NCBI GenBank assembly: GCA_965207065.1
Contig: OZ242260.1
Coordinates: 1,482,551-1,546,550, forward strand
Length of the DNA: 64,000 nt
Source of the DNA: a bacterium
GTDB taxonomy: Bacteria; UBA8248
Reading direction: 5' to 3'
The notes beneath the pieces are model-generated. The model did not search any database. It was not told where the DNA came from and was given only the letters and a program-made list of their open reading frames with translations. Within the stretch, counting starts at the first letter, position 1, and each line of letters starts with the position of its first letter. Below, one piece after another: positions 10,549 to 21,585 of the stretch. Both the position numbers and the translations under genes were made by a program.

Positions 10549-10770
10549 CTTTCGCCGATTTACCAGGTAATTCGGGCGCGACTTCGGAGATAGTCCGGCT
10601 GATTTGCTCGATCTCTTCCTCTCGTCCGGCCTTCTCCATGTCGCGGATGATGGCCTGCGCGGTGAACATGGCAGAGCGCAGGAGGTGAATTTCCGCCTCC
10701 GTGCGCGGCCATTCGCGGCGTTTCAGACCATCCATTGTGAACTCGACCACGAGCCGGTTCGGTGAAATGA
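10549..10770 (-). repeat. Copy A of a repeated element encoding a MobC/RHH-like small protein (ORF 10541..10888)
   Basis: Shares the left end AATTCGGGCGCGACTTCGGAGATA... and ~75-85% identity with copies at 22182, 25095, 27420 and 62436; encodes ...NRLVVEFTMDGLKRREWPRTEAEIHLLRSAMFTAQAIIRDMEKAGREEEIEQISRTISEVAPELPG. Confidence 0.6.
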
Positions 10771-10875
10771 CACCCTGAACACAATAGGCAACTTCCGGTT
10801 TGAGCGCCAGATTGTGGCGTGGCGGGATCGTTCGTAATTTGCTCTTCGCCGCAAGGGATAATATTATTATGACAA

Positions 10876-11073
10876 ATGACACGTTCAACGAAGTCCCAGA
10901 AAGCCGAGCGGATCAACGCAGCCTACACGCTGCTCGAGCAGGGCGTCACGGCGAACGAGGCTGTAGCGCTGCTATCGCAGCGTTTCGGCGTATCGCAGCG
11001 GCAGTCCTACCGCTACGTTCAGCAGGCGGTAGCCATGGGCCGGCCGAGCCGGTCGAATCCCGGATTCCCATGA
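10876..11073 (+). CDS. Small HTH protein (65 aa)
   Basis: ORF with ...TANEAVALLSQRFGVSQRQSYRYV (HTH-like); the stop overlaps the next start (ATGA). Confidence 0.4.
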   Translation: MTRSTKSQKAERINAAYTLLEQGVTANEAVALLSQRFGVSQRQSYRYVQQAVAMGRPSRSNPGFP

Positions 11074-11192
11074 CAATCAAGATTCCGGGCGCGTTGGCGC
11101 AAGCCCTGCGTATGCAGGCCAGAAGCAGCGGTCAGGCCATCGGGGACATCGTTGGACGGGCCCTGAGACGCTTTCTCCCGGATGTGGATTGA
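11070..11192 (+). CDS. Ribbon-helix-helix (Arc/CopG-like) protein, 41 aa
   Basis: MTIKIPGALAQALRMQARSSGQAIGDIVGRALRRFL fits a beta-strand/helix/helix RHH fold. Confidence 0.4.
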   Translation: MTIKIPGALAQALRMQARSSGQAIGDIVGRALRRFLPDVD

Positions 11193-11347
11193 AATGGCTG
11201 CGCGTCGCCCGGGTTCGCGGCCCGGCGTTGAACTTGATTATCGATTCGATCGCCTGTTCGCAGCCAGACTCCAGAATGCCTACGAGATACTGGTTCCTGA
11301 TCAGGTCCACAAAATCCCTGCCCGAAGACATGACACAGGAGACGAGG

Positions 11348-12585
11348 ATGAAAGTCGCAGCCCTTTATGCGTGGGTCTCGGGCGAGCAGCAGAGGGAGAG
11401 CAACACGATCGCCAGCCAGACCGAGGCGCTGGTCGAATACGCCAGGAACCACGGCTACAGCGTCGCGCCGGAGATGCTCGTCTAGGATGACGGCTACAGC
11501 GGCGCTGTTCTCGAGCGTCCGGGGCTGGAGCGGATCAGGGACCTCGCCGCGGAAGGGCGCTTCGATACATTGGTGGTTCATGCCCCGGACCGTTTGAGCC
11601 GCCGCTACGCCCACCAGATGCTGATCATCGAGGAGATGGCCCGCCAGGGCGTTGAGACCGTGTTCGTGAACGCGCCGTCGATGGAAACCCCGGAAGACAA
11701 CCTCCTCGTCCAGTTCCAGGGCATGATCGCGGAATACGAGCGCGCACAGATCCTGGAGCGTTCGCGTCGCGGCAAGCGTCATCGGGCGCAGCGTGGTGAA
11801 GTTGCGGTTCTCGGAGGCGCGCCTTATGGCTACCGCTACCACAAGAAAACCTTCGAGAGCGATGCCTATTATGAAGTGCTCGAACCTCAGGCGTCGGTGG
11901 TTCGCGAAGTCTATCACTACTATACTCATGACCACATGAGCATTGGCGAGATCACCCGCAAGCTCAACGAGCGGGCGGTGCCCACGTCCTCCGGTCGCGG
12001 ACGCTGGGAGCGTTCGGCCGTGTGGGCGATGCTGCGCAACCCGGCGTACAAGGGCAAGGCGTGTTTCGGCAAGACCCGCCAGATGCCGCGAAAAATCGTG
12101 ACCCGTCCCTTGCGATTGCGCGGCGGTGTGGCCGGCGCCACCACCGGCGGTCACGAGAAACCGCGTGAGGAATGGATCGAGATTCCAGTGCCGGCGATCG
12201 TCAGCGAGGAAACCTTCGCCCTGGCCGAAGAGCGGCTGGAGATGAACAAGGCCCGCGGGCCGCGCCGAACAAAGACGCCCAGCGTGGTGCAGGGGCTGGT
12301 CTCATGCGCCAAATGCGGCTATTCCCTGTATCGCACATCGACCCGGACGAGCGCCCGCACGATTTACTATTATCGCTGCCTGGGGCCCGATGCATGGCGG
12401 CATCTCAACGGGCCGGTATGCGACAATCGGCCGGTGCGCCAGGATCTACTTGACGAAGTTGTCTGGAGCGAAGTCGTCCGCCTTCTCGAGGATCCGAATC
12501 TGATCGGCGCCGAGATCGAGCGTCGGCTGGAGGCGGCCCGCGACTCCGACCCCTGTCGGCAGCGCGAGACCGACTTGCGGCGCCG
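11348..12585 (+). pseudogene. Large serine recombinase with in-frame TAG (11483-11485) and a degraded C-terminus
   Basis: Resolvase N-terminus MKVAALYAWVS...; LV*DDGYSGA (stop inside the conserved DDGYSG block); recombinase domain ...ITRKLNERAVPTSSGRGRWERSAVWAMLRNPAYKGK; zinc ribbon CAKCG...CLG; C-terminal coiled-coil replaced by junk. Confidence 0.7.
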
Positions 12586-12840
12586 GTGTTCGTCGTCGAG
12601 GGAGAGACGGCGGAGTTCAGGGTCAGGTTCCAGATACGGCCTTATTACCTTCGCTATTCGTACCGTACGGAAGATGAAACGGCGACGGGGGGTGAGGATT
12701 ACAGTCCTGTCGAGGGCACGGTGGAGTTTGCTCCGGGAGATACGTCCCGGACGGTTTCGGTAGCGACTCTTGCCGACGACGTTTCGGAGGGTCACGAGAC
12801 TTTCAGGTTGGTGTTTGATAATCTCAAGATCAAAAACAAG
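12586..12840 (+). pseudogene. Calx-beta domain gene fragment
   Basis: VFVVEGETAEFRVRF...GGEDYSPVEGTVEFAPGDTSRTVSVATLADDVSEGHETFRLVF matches the Calx-beta repeat; orphan fragment abutting the broken recombinase. Confidence 0.55.
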
Positions 12841-13735
12841 GCGACGATCTACGATGCCCTGCGCGGGAGCGGTCCGGAATGGCGTGACCCCGGCCCCGGC
12901 GAACTCGCTCTCTTCCCGGGGGAGTGGGCCCTGTACGCGGTGATCAGGGGGTCGAACTGATTCGATCGCTGCGTAATCCCCGAGGCGGCCCCCGGCGCCG
13001 CCCGCGCGGAGCAGGACGGGCTTGACCCGGGATCCGGTCCGGAGCATTTCGTCCCTTTTGAGCGTAGCGCGAAGGTATGCGTCGCGATAGATACGTTTGA
13101 TTTAGGCCGCGACTTCCGGCGGAAACTCCTTGAAAACGCTTGAGAGGCCACCCGCGAACCGGATACAAGTGTCAGCGATCCCGGGAAGATACTAGCACCC
13201 CCGCCGAGCGCAAAGGAGGGTCCGTTTGATGGAATAAGGTGAAACCAGAAATGGCTCATTGAGTCTGCTTCATGTGCTCCTGCAATTTACGTCCCTTGTC
13301 CGTCAGCTGATACCTCTGTTTACAGTTTTGAGGCTTGTCCGCGATTCCGTGAGGAAGACGTACGAAACCTTTTGAGGGAACGTACGACAGGTCAAAGTCG
13401 GATTACTTGGTCGTGAGGCACAGCCGCACTGTCGGACGCCGACTTTCTGGCCGGCCTATCCGGCACACAGGTCGGCCAAGATTGGTCGCCGGATGTTAGT
13501 GCGTGGAGACAAACCTTGGCCACATAGACGACCGCCTCGGTACGATACAGACTTCGTGGCGTTGGTGGGCCCTTGATCGACGGGTACCCAGCCGCCACAT
13601 TCTCGATGAGATCAACGAGGGAGTCGAACGGCTGTAGGATGGGGAGTCGGCCCGAGGAAGAAATTCTTAAACAACCGGGTTAGTGTCCTCGATATTGCAA
13701 AGATTTCGTTTCAGATAGCCAAAAGGAGAAAAAAC

Positions 13736-14194
13736 ATGGGGAAACGGGAAATATTATCAATGCTCCTGTTCGTCTTCCTGCTGACAGGCTGCGGCGCATC
13801 GTTGCGCGACCTGCAGAACATGTCGGCAGATGACAGAGCCGATTATGTTTGCGAAAGGCGCCCAAAGGTCAAAGCCCTGTACAATAAGGTCAACGGGTCC
13901 GTCGATGCCGTCCAGAGAATCGAGAAGGCGCTAAGTTCAGGTTATTGGGAGCGACAGAAGTGCACAACATACCAATACCGGGACAAGAAAGGGTATCTCC
14001 AATCCTATAGACACTGCGTGTCCTTGAAAGGCTCCCCTGTCGACCAGCTCAGAGCGAAGGCAGCCCTATCCAGAGAGGGGGAACGACTCGCAGGGTACAA
14101 GGCGGTGCATCAGAAGGCGTTGGCCAACTGCAAGACACGAGTGATGAACATGACCCCCGAGCGAGCATTCGACTACTACGAAGAGGGTAAATAA
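13736..14194 (+). CDS. Lipoprotein, unknown function
   Basis: Signal peptide with lipobox LLTGCGAS; SD-like AAAAGGAG upstream; low GC. Confidence 0.5.
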   Translation: MGKREILSMLLFVFLLTGCGASLRDLQNMSADDRADYVCERRPKVKALYNKVNGSVDAVQRIEKALSSGYWERQKCTTYQYRDKKGYLQSYRHCVSLKGSPVDQLRAKAALSREGERLAGYKAVHQKALANCKTRVMNMTPERAFDYYEEGK

Positions 14195-14286
14195 GAACGG
14201 GTATGTCCGATGATGAGCGGGCTATGGTAGGCTCCCTTACCGCTTTCGTGAATGGAGACGGACAGGTGAAAGGGGCAGTCACGGCG

Positions 14287-15111
14287 TCAGCGGAACCTCC
14301 ACGTCCTGCCATCGCTCTTTCGGCGCTTCAGTATCTCGGCCCTGCGCAACTGCAGTTCGGAGACCGCTGCTTTCTTCACTTTCTCGCTCAGTAGAATACC
14401 GACGAAGAGGTGCCTGAACGTTGCTCGCGTCACACCGTTTTCTTTCGCCAAGGCATACCAGATGTATGCCTCTTTCTTGTCGACCGACACCCCATCGCCA
14501 ATGTCATACATCTGGCCGAGCCTGTACTGTGCGGAACCTTGACCGCGCAAAGCCGCCGGACGCAGCCAGCGCAAAGCCTTCTTCTTGTCCTGAGAGACTC
14601 CTTTCCCCTCTAAATACATCATGCCCAAGGCGGTTTGCGCTTGAGGCACATCCTTTTCTGCCGCTTTCCGCATCCACTCAACCGCCTTCTTGAAGTCCCG
14701 TGGTAGAACGCCTTCCTCCCCGTTGTAGTACATGAAAGCGAGTTTTGCGTTCGCCAATCCGTCTCCTTTGTTCGCCGCTGAACGGAACAGCCTTAGTGCC
14801 TCGACCCTGTCCTGTCTTACCCCTTGGCCATTGTAATACATATTGCCTAGGTTGGCCTCCGCGCCAGGCCACCCCTGTGCGGCCGCTAGGCCGTACCATT
14901 TTAACGCCGCTTGCAGATCACGAGCGATTTCTTTGCCCTTGTGATACATTACACCGAGATTGAATTGTGCGACAGGATCGCCCTTCTTGGCGTCACTCAA
15001 TGTCGACTCGAAACGGGAGAGCTTGGCGGAACCAGCTGAGCATCCGCTCAGAAGAGTCGCTAACAACAGGGTCGCCGAAAGCGTACTCCAAAAGGCCTTT
15101 GCGTTTTTCAT
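14287..15111 (-). CDS. Sel1-repeat (TPR-like) lipoprotein
   Basis: Lipobox LLSGCS followed by repeated GxxxA..LGxMYxxGxGVxQD..A..W..KAA Sel1 units. Confidence 0.7.
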   Translation of the reverse strand: MKNAKAFWSTLSATLLLATLLSGCSAGSAKLSRFESTLSDAKKGDPVAQFNLGVMYHKGKEIARDLQAALKWYGLAAAQGWPGAEANLGNMYYNGQGVRQDRVEALRLFRSAANKGDGLANAKLAFMYYNGEEGVLPRDFKKAVEWMRKAAEKDVPQAQTALGMMYLEGKGVSQDKKKALRWLRPAALRGQGSAQYRLGQMYDIGDGVSVDKKEAYIWYALAKENGVTRATFRHLFVGILLSEKVKKAAVSELQLRRAEILKRRKSDGRTWRFR

Positions 15112-15191
15112 CTATACCACCCCGATTGCAAGAACAAACAATATCAAACTACTTCTATCAAATTAGTTGCGTGACATCCAGACACCCTCCG

Positions 15192-15617
15192 TCAATGATA
15201 TATATAGTCTGCTCCACATGGCAGGCAGCTATTACCTAGAGAAGGCAAACCGGTTGCGGACATATATCCGGTCTCTTGATGAGAGCGCTTCCACTTCCGG
15301 TCCCTGATGGATATCGCACACACCGGCCTCAAAAACCGAGCAGTCTTGATGACCTTGACACTGACTAAGCTTTGGACGTGTCGGGTCAATCTGCCTGCTA
15401 TCACTGAGATTATTTTTTTCTCATTCCAGAATTTATTCGCCACTTTGCGCCTATGCGTTGACGCTCTAATGGACCAAAAGACGGCGACCAATTCATCGTC
15501 TCGAACTGCGCTCTCATATTTGAAGAACCCGGCAAGTTCTTCATCGCAAGTTTTGCAACGGGGAAGGTTCGTCGCTTTGTCCTGGGAAATGATGCTCTTT
15601 GTAATTACGTCATTCAA
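15192..15617 (-). CDS. Hypothetical protein
   Basis: 141-aa ORF in low-GC DNA, no recognisable motifs. Confidence 0.25.
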   Translation of the reverse strand: MNDVITKSIISQDKATNLPRCKTCDEELAGFFKYESAVRDDELVAVFWSIRASTHRRKVANKFWNEKKIISVIAGRLTRHVQSLVSVKVIKTARFLRPVCAISIRDRKWKRSHQETGYMSATGLPSLGNSCLPCGADYIYH

Positions 15618-15682
15618 ATTCGATGATCAGACTATTTTGCTCTTCATTCAGGTGAAGTCCTAAACTTGCTGGAAACTATGGA

Positions 15683-17582
15683 GGGGGAGCGCTAGGCGAA
15701 TTGGTGACAGTGCAGCCGGTGAGAGTCCGGCAGGAGGGAGAAGGCCAGCCACCACCTCCACCCCGAGTCATGGGCCGCCACTCGCGAGGGTGGGGGCCAA
15801 GCGTTGACAGGGGCGCCGTGCGAGCGGGGCTATTGAGCACCGAAAGAATTATTGTCCGGGATGTCGAGGTTTTCCCCTCAGCCGAAGACAGCATCCGACC
15901 CGCCGATATGGCGAGGCGTGCCGGAATCCCGCGGTGTCAAAGAACGCACGTACGCCCTCTTCCGGGACCTGGGAGGTCTCCATGTCACCCCGCCGTCGTT
16001 GCGGGGTCGCAGAGGGAAGGGTGCAGCGAGACTAGCTGCTGTGCTTGCGGGTGAAAGTCCCGCCGGCGCAATTCTCAGTTTGGCGCCGTAGTCATATCCG
16101 GCAGGCATTCGGGGCGACCCGGTGACCTGATAGCCCGGAAGTAAAAGCCTCGGGAGGCCGGGGAACCTTCGGGAACTCCAGGCCTGGTCAGCCCGCTGAG
16201 GCGAGCGAACAGGAGGGCCGTAGCGAGAGCGAACGGACTAGACGCCGAAAACTGCGACCCGCGTGAAGCTGATTCGAGCGGAGTTATCGGAGTTGCCAAG
16301 GGTTTCTCCTTCCTACCTGATGGCCAGTGTCGATACGGAAGAACTGAGGCGCACGTATCGGAGCTCCCGGCGTAAGCTGAAGGCGGCAATCCTGGAAAGT
16401 ACAGCAGTGAAAGTCCGGAAGGTGTGGAGGTTGGACAGGATGACCCTGTGAATGTCGAAGACCGTCTCTATAACCGGGGGAGCCGGGAAGTGAGACGGAG
16501 ACCCCCACACTGGCGGATGAGGTCGCCAAGCGATGAAGGGTGGGACAACATAACCCACCCGGAGCGAGGACCTCTGGGCACAGGCGGCGGAGCCGTTATG
16601 AGCATCCCGCACACAGAGGCGGGTTAACCGCTCTCTCAAATGGTGACGCCTGAGGACGGAGTAAACGTTGGACTCGCCGAGGGGTATGATGGGGTCGGTC
16701 TTAACCCCGGCGGTTCCGCGGAAGGCTCCGCTCCAAACTGGGAGGTGCCTGTTGCTTGAAGCCGTACCCGGGAAAACCGGACGTACGGAATTTCAGGGGG
16801 GACGCTGGAAACGTGGTCTATGGTGGAATTGCGCACCCACCCGCAATCGAAAGAGCGGGGTCGGACAAGCCTCCACCTAAGGATGCGCGCGCCAGTGTCC
16901 TACCCGACAGGAATCCGTAACCGATGATGAACGGCATGGAGAAGTCAGACTTAAGTGTAGTAGCCGAGAAGCCGACGAACAAGGGGACGCGAGTTCTGGC
17001 GGAGTCGGTGGAGCGAAGGGCCGGGCCCGAGGGGAATCCGGGAAGCCAAAGCACGCGCCGGACACAGGGCCGGGAAAGCGTGTCACAAGCGGCCGACCGG
17101 ATACGGCAATTCGTTGTACAGGAACCACGGAGCGTCTGACGACGCTTCTCCACCATATCACGGTCGATGCGCTGCGCTGGGCGTTCTTCGAGTTGAAGAG
17201 GGACGCTGCGGCGGGTGCGGACGGGATGACGTGGCGGATGTACGAGGAAGGGCTGGAAGGCCGTCTAGCCGACCTGCACGAGCGCGTACACACGGGAGCG
17301 TACCGGGCGACGCCGTCACGGCGGGTGAACATTCCGAAGCCCGACGGCGGGACACGACCGCTCGGCGTCGCGGCCATCGAGGACAAGATAGTCCAGAAGG
17401 CGGTGACGGAGCGAAACATCGCCGTTCACAAGTTCCGAGATTGTCGCTTGGCGTACGCCGAGTATCCGCGCCGCCGCCGTAACGCTCAACCCGAATTCCT
17501 CAAGTATTTCCAGGCAGATGAAGGCTCTGGGGTGCGAGGGTGGCATCCCCATCTTGATGCCGCCGCTGTTCATCAGTGGTAG
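15683..17582 (+). mobile_element. Group II intron remnant (structured 5' domains plus a truncated intron-encoded reverse transcriptase); 5' boundary uncertain
   Basis: GC-rich structured RNA-like region followed by the IEP N-terminus ...TTLLHHITVDALRWAFFELKRDAAAGADGMTW...RRVNIPKPDGGTRPLGVAAIEDKIVQKAV (RT domain 0/1); the ORF stops at 17582, so ~300 aa of the RT, the maturase domain and domains V/VI are missing. Confidence 0.65.
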
Positions 17583-17733
17583 TCCTCCAGATTCAGACGC
17601 TCAATCTCGCTGTCTCGTGGAGGCCCCGATCGCCGAGCGGGCATACGGCTCGTATTTTCGGGAGAATTCGCGTTTCGCGGAGTTGCGCTCAGGCTTGGCG
17701 TGTGACTATTATGAGTCTAGGAGGCGTAACGCG

Positions 17734-18033
17734 ATGGCTCTAAAGACGATAGCGGCAGTGGTGGCCCTGGCGGCGACTTTCATGAGCGCACCGGCAACCG
17801 CGCACATACTGAAATCCTGCCATGCAAAATACAACCAACAAATAAAGGCAGCTCATTATGACGTGAAATCTGTGGAACGTGTCGTGAAGAAACATTTGAA
17901 AACAGAAGGATGGAGCGAAGACAAAGAAAAAATGAAAAAGATTGTACAATTGCTGCTCCTGGAAAGAAAAAGGATATCCAATCTTGCGAATTTGGTAATC
18001 AAACTCGCGGCGTGCGGCAATAAGAAAAAATAG
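17734..18033 (+). CDS. Small secreted protein
   Basis: AGGAGG 10 nt upstream of the ATG; signal peptide MALKTIAAVVALAATFMSAPATA; Lys-rich mature part. Confidence 0.45.
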   Translation: MALKTIAAVVALAATFMSAPATAHILKSCHAKYNQQIKAAHYDVKSVERVVKKHLKTEGWSEDKEKMKKIVQLLLLERKRISNLANLVIKLAACGNKKK

Positions 18034-18140
18034 AAACCACAGCTTTCGAACCAGTGGATTCCGATGAGTTGGATTGTCTGATCGGGAGATGGCCAAAGTT
18101 GAAAAATCTGAATTCATACCCATATAATAACCGCGCAAGT

Positions 18141-18160
18141 CCCCCCCCCCCCCCCCCCCC
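18141..18160. repeat. Homopolymeric C20 tract
   Basis: 20 consecutive C read directly; intergenic, ~310 bp upstream of the tandem SLP genes. Confidence 0.9.
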
Positions 18161-18468
18161 GAGAATCTCGGTACTAACTTTTTTCAGATCGGCATCGGAA
18201 AAGAACCACATGGAAATTCCGGCGCCGATACCTTTACAGGTTCCATTTCAAACCGTCCAGTCCACAGTTCGGCTTCGAACTTACGTCTCGGAAACCCTCT
18301 TGAGAACGGGCAACCATCAACCCTTGCGCCCAAGTTACGGGCAGAAAAATGCTTAAAGCTGTTGAAATCAGGGTCTGTTCCTGGTCATTCGAGTTCAAGT
18401 ATTCGGGAGCCTATCTTGTTCGTTCTTGCTGATGTGGTTGCCGAATTAACCACAACCAAGAGAATAAA

Positions 18469-19872
18469 ATGACGCGACACAATAAGAAAGTAAACCATAA
18501 AACCTTTTTTTCTTTCATGATGATTTTGATAACAATTGCTTGCGTTTACACATTATCGGGCTGTGGTGGAGGGGGTGGTGGTAGCGTGCCCGGCACTGGC
18601 CCAATGGTAATGCCGGAGCAGCCGGAAATGCCCGAGCAGCCGCCAATGGATACTGTCACGCTCCCGATGGATTTCGTCACCCACGCAAATCCTGGTGCGT
18701 TGGACCCGCTGCCGTCGTTCCGCGCCGCGTCAGATCCCGCGTCCAGCAGGTTCGATTACCAACGCGAAGCTCCCTCTGGTGCTCCCGCGCTCGAGATCAC
18801 CCGCTACACGGCACCCGGAACAATTGCGCCCGCTGATCTGACACCAATGTTAGAACGCGCGGCCAAGCTCTGGACCAGGCGCATCTCGGGTCTCCGAGCG
18901 CCTGGTGGGAAGCATCAATTCTTCCCGCATGCGGAACCAGGCGCCGATGTCCGGATTGAACTGGATTTCCTCGTCGGCTATGAACAACCACGCTGTCCAG
19001 ACACTGCTGCCTGTGGGAACCATTACGGTGATCGTCTGATGCTGCCCTCCGGGCGCGCAAATGACGGTGAGAATCCGCACGTTACCGTCATGCCTGCGTT
19101 TCTGACCCGGGATGTACGCGATGGAAAACTCACGATCGGCGGTTTTCGTACACTGGCGCACGAGTTCGGACATATTTTCGACCACGGCGACCAGTTAAAC
19201 GATGGTAATTACCATTCAGATTGCCGTGGCGGTGCTATCATGTGCGATATCTGGGACTCGAACGTACCTGCGGTCCCGGTAGAACAAGACTTCGACGGTA
19301 TTCGTCACCATTATGATTTGAGGCCCCACCTCGACTACGAACAGTTCGGCATCTGGGCCGAAGTTCCGGGAGAAAATTCTAACCTCGAGCGCTTCGGCGT
19401 GTATGTAAGGCGAATGCTGACGGTCAAGGATGCCATCGACATTTGGGATGTATCGGCCTCAGAATTCATCAGCGATCAGGTCTCGATCGAGACCATCGTC
19501 TTGGGTGTCGCGAGCAGCGGACCGCACCCTGGCATTGGAACAGTAACGTGGAGCGGCGACCTGATCGCGGTCGATACGACTCGTTTCCAACCGATCCTTG
19601 GCACGGCTCGCTTGGGTATGGACCTGACGTCTGTCGAATCACTTGATGTGTCGTTCACCGGCTTGCGCCGGACCGATGACGCTGGCGGGACCCACAATAT
19701 CCCGAATCTGGACTACACGCTTGTGCGAATCGGAACAACCTGGGTCGACGCACGTGGTACCGTAGCCGCCAACTTCTACGCCGTTGACTCGGACCCTGGC
19801 GGCGCTGTCGCTGGCAAGCTTCATGATGACACGCAGAACCTGATGGGGGCCTTTGGGGCGCTTCGCGATTAA
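18469..19872 (+). CDS. Surface lipoprotein (TbpB-like handle/barrel C-terminus) with an N-proximal HExxH zinc-metalloprotease motif
   Basis: Lipobox LSGCGGGGGGS; HEFGHIFDHGD; C-terminus ...GTVAANFYAVDSDPGGAVAGKLHDDTQNLMGAFGALRD. Confidence 0.6.
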   Translation: MTRHNKKVNHKTFFSFMMILITIACVYTLSGCGGGGGGSVPGTGPMVMPEQPEMPEQPPMDTVTLPMDFVTHANPGALDPLPSFRAASDPASSRFDYQREAPSGAPALEITRYTAPGTIAPADLTPMLERAAKLWTRRISGLRAPGGKHQFFPHAEPGADVRIELDFLVGYEQPRCPDTAACGNHYGDRLMLPSGRANDGENPHVTVMPAFLTRDVRDGKLTIGGFRTLAHEFGHIFDHGDQLNDGNYHSDCRGGAIMCDIWDSNVPAVPVEQDFDGIRHHYDLRPHLDYEQFGIWAEVPGENSNLERFGVYVRRMLTVKDAIDIWDVSASEFISDQVSIETIVLGVASSGPHPGIGTVTWSGDLIAVDTTRFQPILGTARLGMDLTSVESLDVSFTGLRRTDDAGGTHNIPNLDYTLVRIGTTWVDARGTVAANFYAVDSDPGGAVAGKLHDDTQNLMGAFGALRD

Positions 19873-20062
19873 TTGGTGGCTGAATTGGGGATGGATACAA
19901 CTCATTTATTGACTTGAGCGCACAGAACGGAGGATTGGTCACCCTATCAGGAAGAGAAAAAGATGGAATAGAAGCAGGGCTTGTCGAACTGATCAGTAGT
20001 GGCGTCTCCGATGAATCGCCCAACATAAATTTCCGCTCACCTGAATTGAGGAGGAATCGCCA

Positions 20063-21391
20063 ATGTCCGATTTGAAACACATTCTTGCTTTTACAGTTGC
20101 CGCATCCTTTGCACTACTCCTGGCCGGATGCGGCGGTGGCGACAACAACAAGGCACAGCCTCCTGCCCAAATGCCGCCGACAACCGGTACCGTAACCGAA
20201 TTCGCCGGTTTGAAACCCACAAACGCCGACTACGCGGCGACTGCCGCTAGCAGAGCCGCTGATGCCAGACCCCGCTCGGGCAGTGTCACACAGTCATCGA
20301 ACGTCAACAACGGCATCACGGTGGATCGCGTATCGGTGACGGCTCAGCATGGATCCGGCCGGAACAACTACTCGATTCACAACGGGTCATCGTGGTCCAT
20401 CAGCACAAGCGACGGCAATCCCGTAACGATTTACGCTAACGCACCATTCGATGGCCAGGAACTGTACAAGCGCATCAATGGGGGCACACTCTACGTCGAT
20501 ATTTATTCCGATATCGAGGCGCCCAAAACTACGACCATCACCACGACGATGCCCGGTCAGCCCCAGGATGTCGGGTCCGGAGACCGAATTGTAGGTCTTT
20601 CCTGCCTTGGGCCGAGATGTACGTCGGACTCTCAAGAAGGGACACTGAATGGCGTAAGCGGTACGTTCAGCTGCCCTTCCGGTTGCAGCATTCAATTCGG
20701 AGGACTGTCACTCTCTAGTGGCAGCAACATTTCCTTTCAGGGAGCCACATTCAATGGCCTGGTAGTCGGAGAGGACGAGTTTAGGGTCACTTCCGCGACA
20801 GGCATAACGTTCACGCCGGCACAATCGACACAGCCGTCTGAGCAGACGACTTCCGACACAGACTATCTGGCGGGTGGTGTCTGGCTGTTCGTACCCGACG
20901 ACGCGGCGAGCGCCGACGATGTAGTGATCGGAGCCTTCGGGGATGGCAACGACCCGTTCGACCAGAACAACCTGATGGCGGTGCAAGGCTCGGCGGACTA
21001 TGTCGGTTTGGCGACGGGCGTCTACGCGGACAAATCAGAAAATGAAGTCGGATATTGGGGCGGCAACGTGACCCTGACGGCCGACTTCGGGGGGCGAAGC
21101 GACCTGGGATCGATTAGCGGTAGGATCACTGGCATCGAAGCAGACGGCGAAAGCCAATCAGGCTCCGTGAGCCTGGATCGGGCCAATATCGGGTCTTCGA
21201 ACAGCGGTTTCTTTGAGGGGCAGTTGAGCGGCGCCGTCAACGGGGGCGGTTTGACCGGTCGATGGGGCGGACAGTTCTTCGGAAACAGCGAGACGGACGG
21301 CAAGCCCGGGTCCATCGGCGGGACGCTGGGCGGACGATCTCAAGACCGCAGCGTGAGCTTCGTGGGAGTCTTCGGCGCCTACAAGCAGTGA
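20063..21391 (+). CDS. Surface lipoprotein, TbpB/fHbp-like (SLP family)
   Basis: Lipobox LLLAGCGGGDNN; C-terminus ...GGQFFGNSETDGKPGSIGGTLGGRSQDRSVSFVGVFGAYKQ. Confidence 0.6.
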   Translation: MSDLKHILAFTVAASFALLLAGCGGGDNNKAQPPAQMPPTTGTVTEFAGLKPTNADYAATAASRAADARPRSGSVTQSSNVNNGITVDRVSVTAQHGSGRNNYSIHNGSSWSISTSDGNPVTIYANAPFDGQELYKRINGGTLYVDIYSDIEAPKTTTITTTMPGQPQDVGSGDRIVGLSCLGPRCTSDSQEGTLNGVSGTFSCPSGCSIQFGGLSLSSGSNISFQGATFNGLVVGEDEFRVTSATGITFTPAQSTQPSEQTTSDTDYLAGGVWLFVPDDAASADDVVIGAFGDGNDPFDQNNLMAVQGSADYVGLATGVYADKSENEVGYWGGNVTLTADFGGRSDLGSISGRITGIEADGESQSGSVSLDRANIGSSNSGFFEGQLSGAVNGGGLTGRWGGQFFGNSETDGKPGSIGGTLGGRSQDRSVSFVGVFGAYKQ

Positions 21392-21585
21392 TGGACTAGC
21401 ACGTTCGCCTTCTAGCGCACCCGGCAACGATCGTCACCGATTTCTGCGTTTGTGGAACGACTCACGACGCTGCACCGTGAGCGCAAGCGAATGGCGAGTT
21501 TGCTGATCAAGGACGTCACCCTCGCCAAGGGGCGAAGAGTTGCTCTTGGGAGTGCGTCTGCGTTCCGGCGCCGGAGCGGCCCGCG

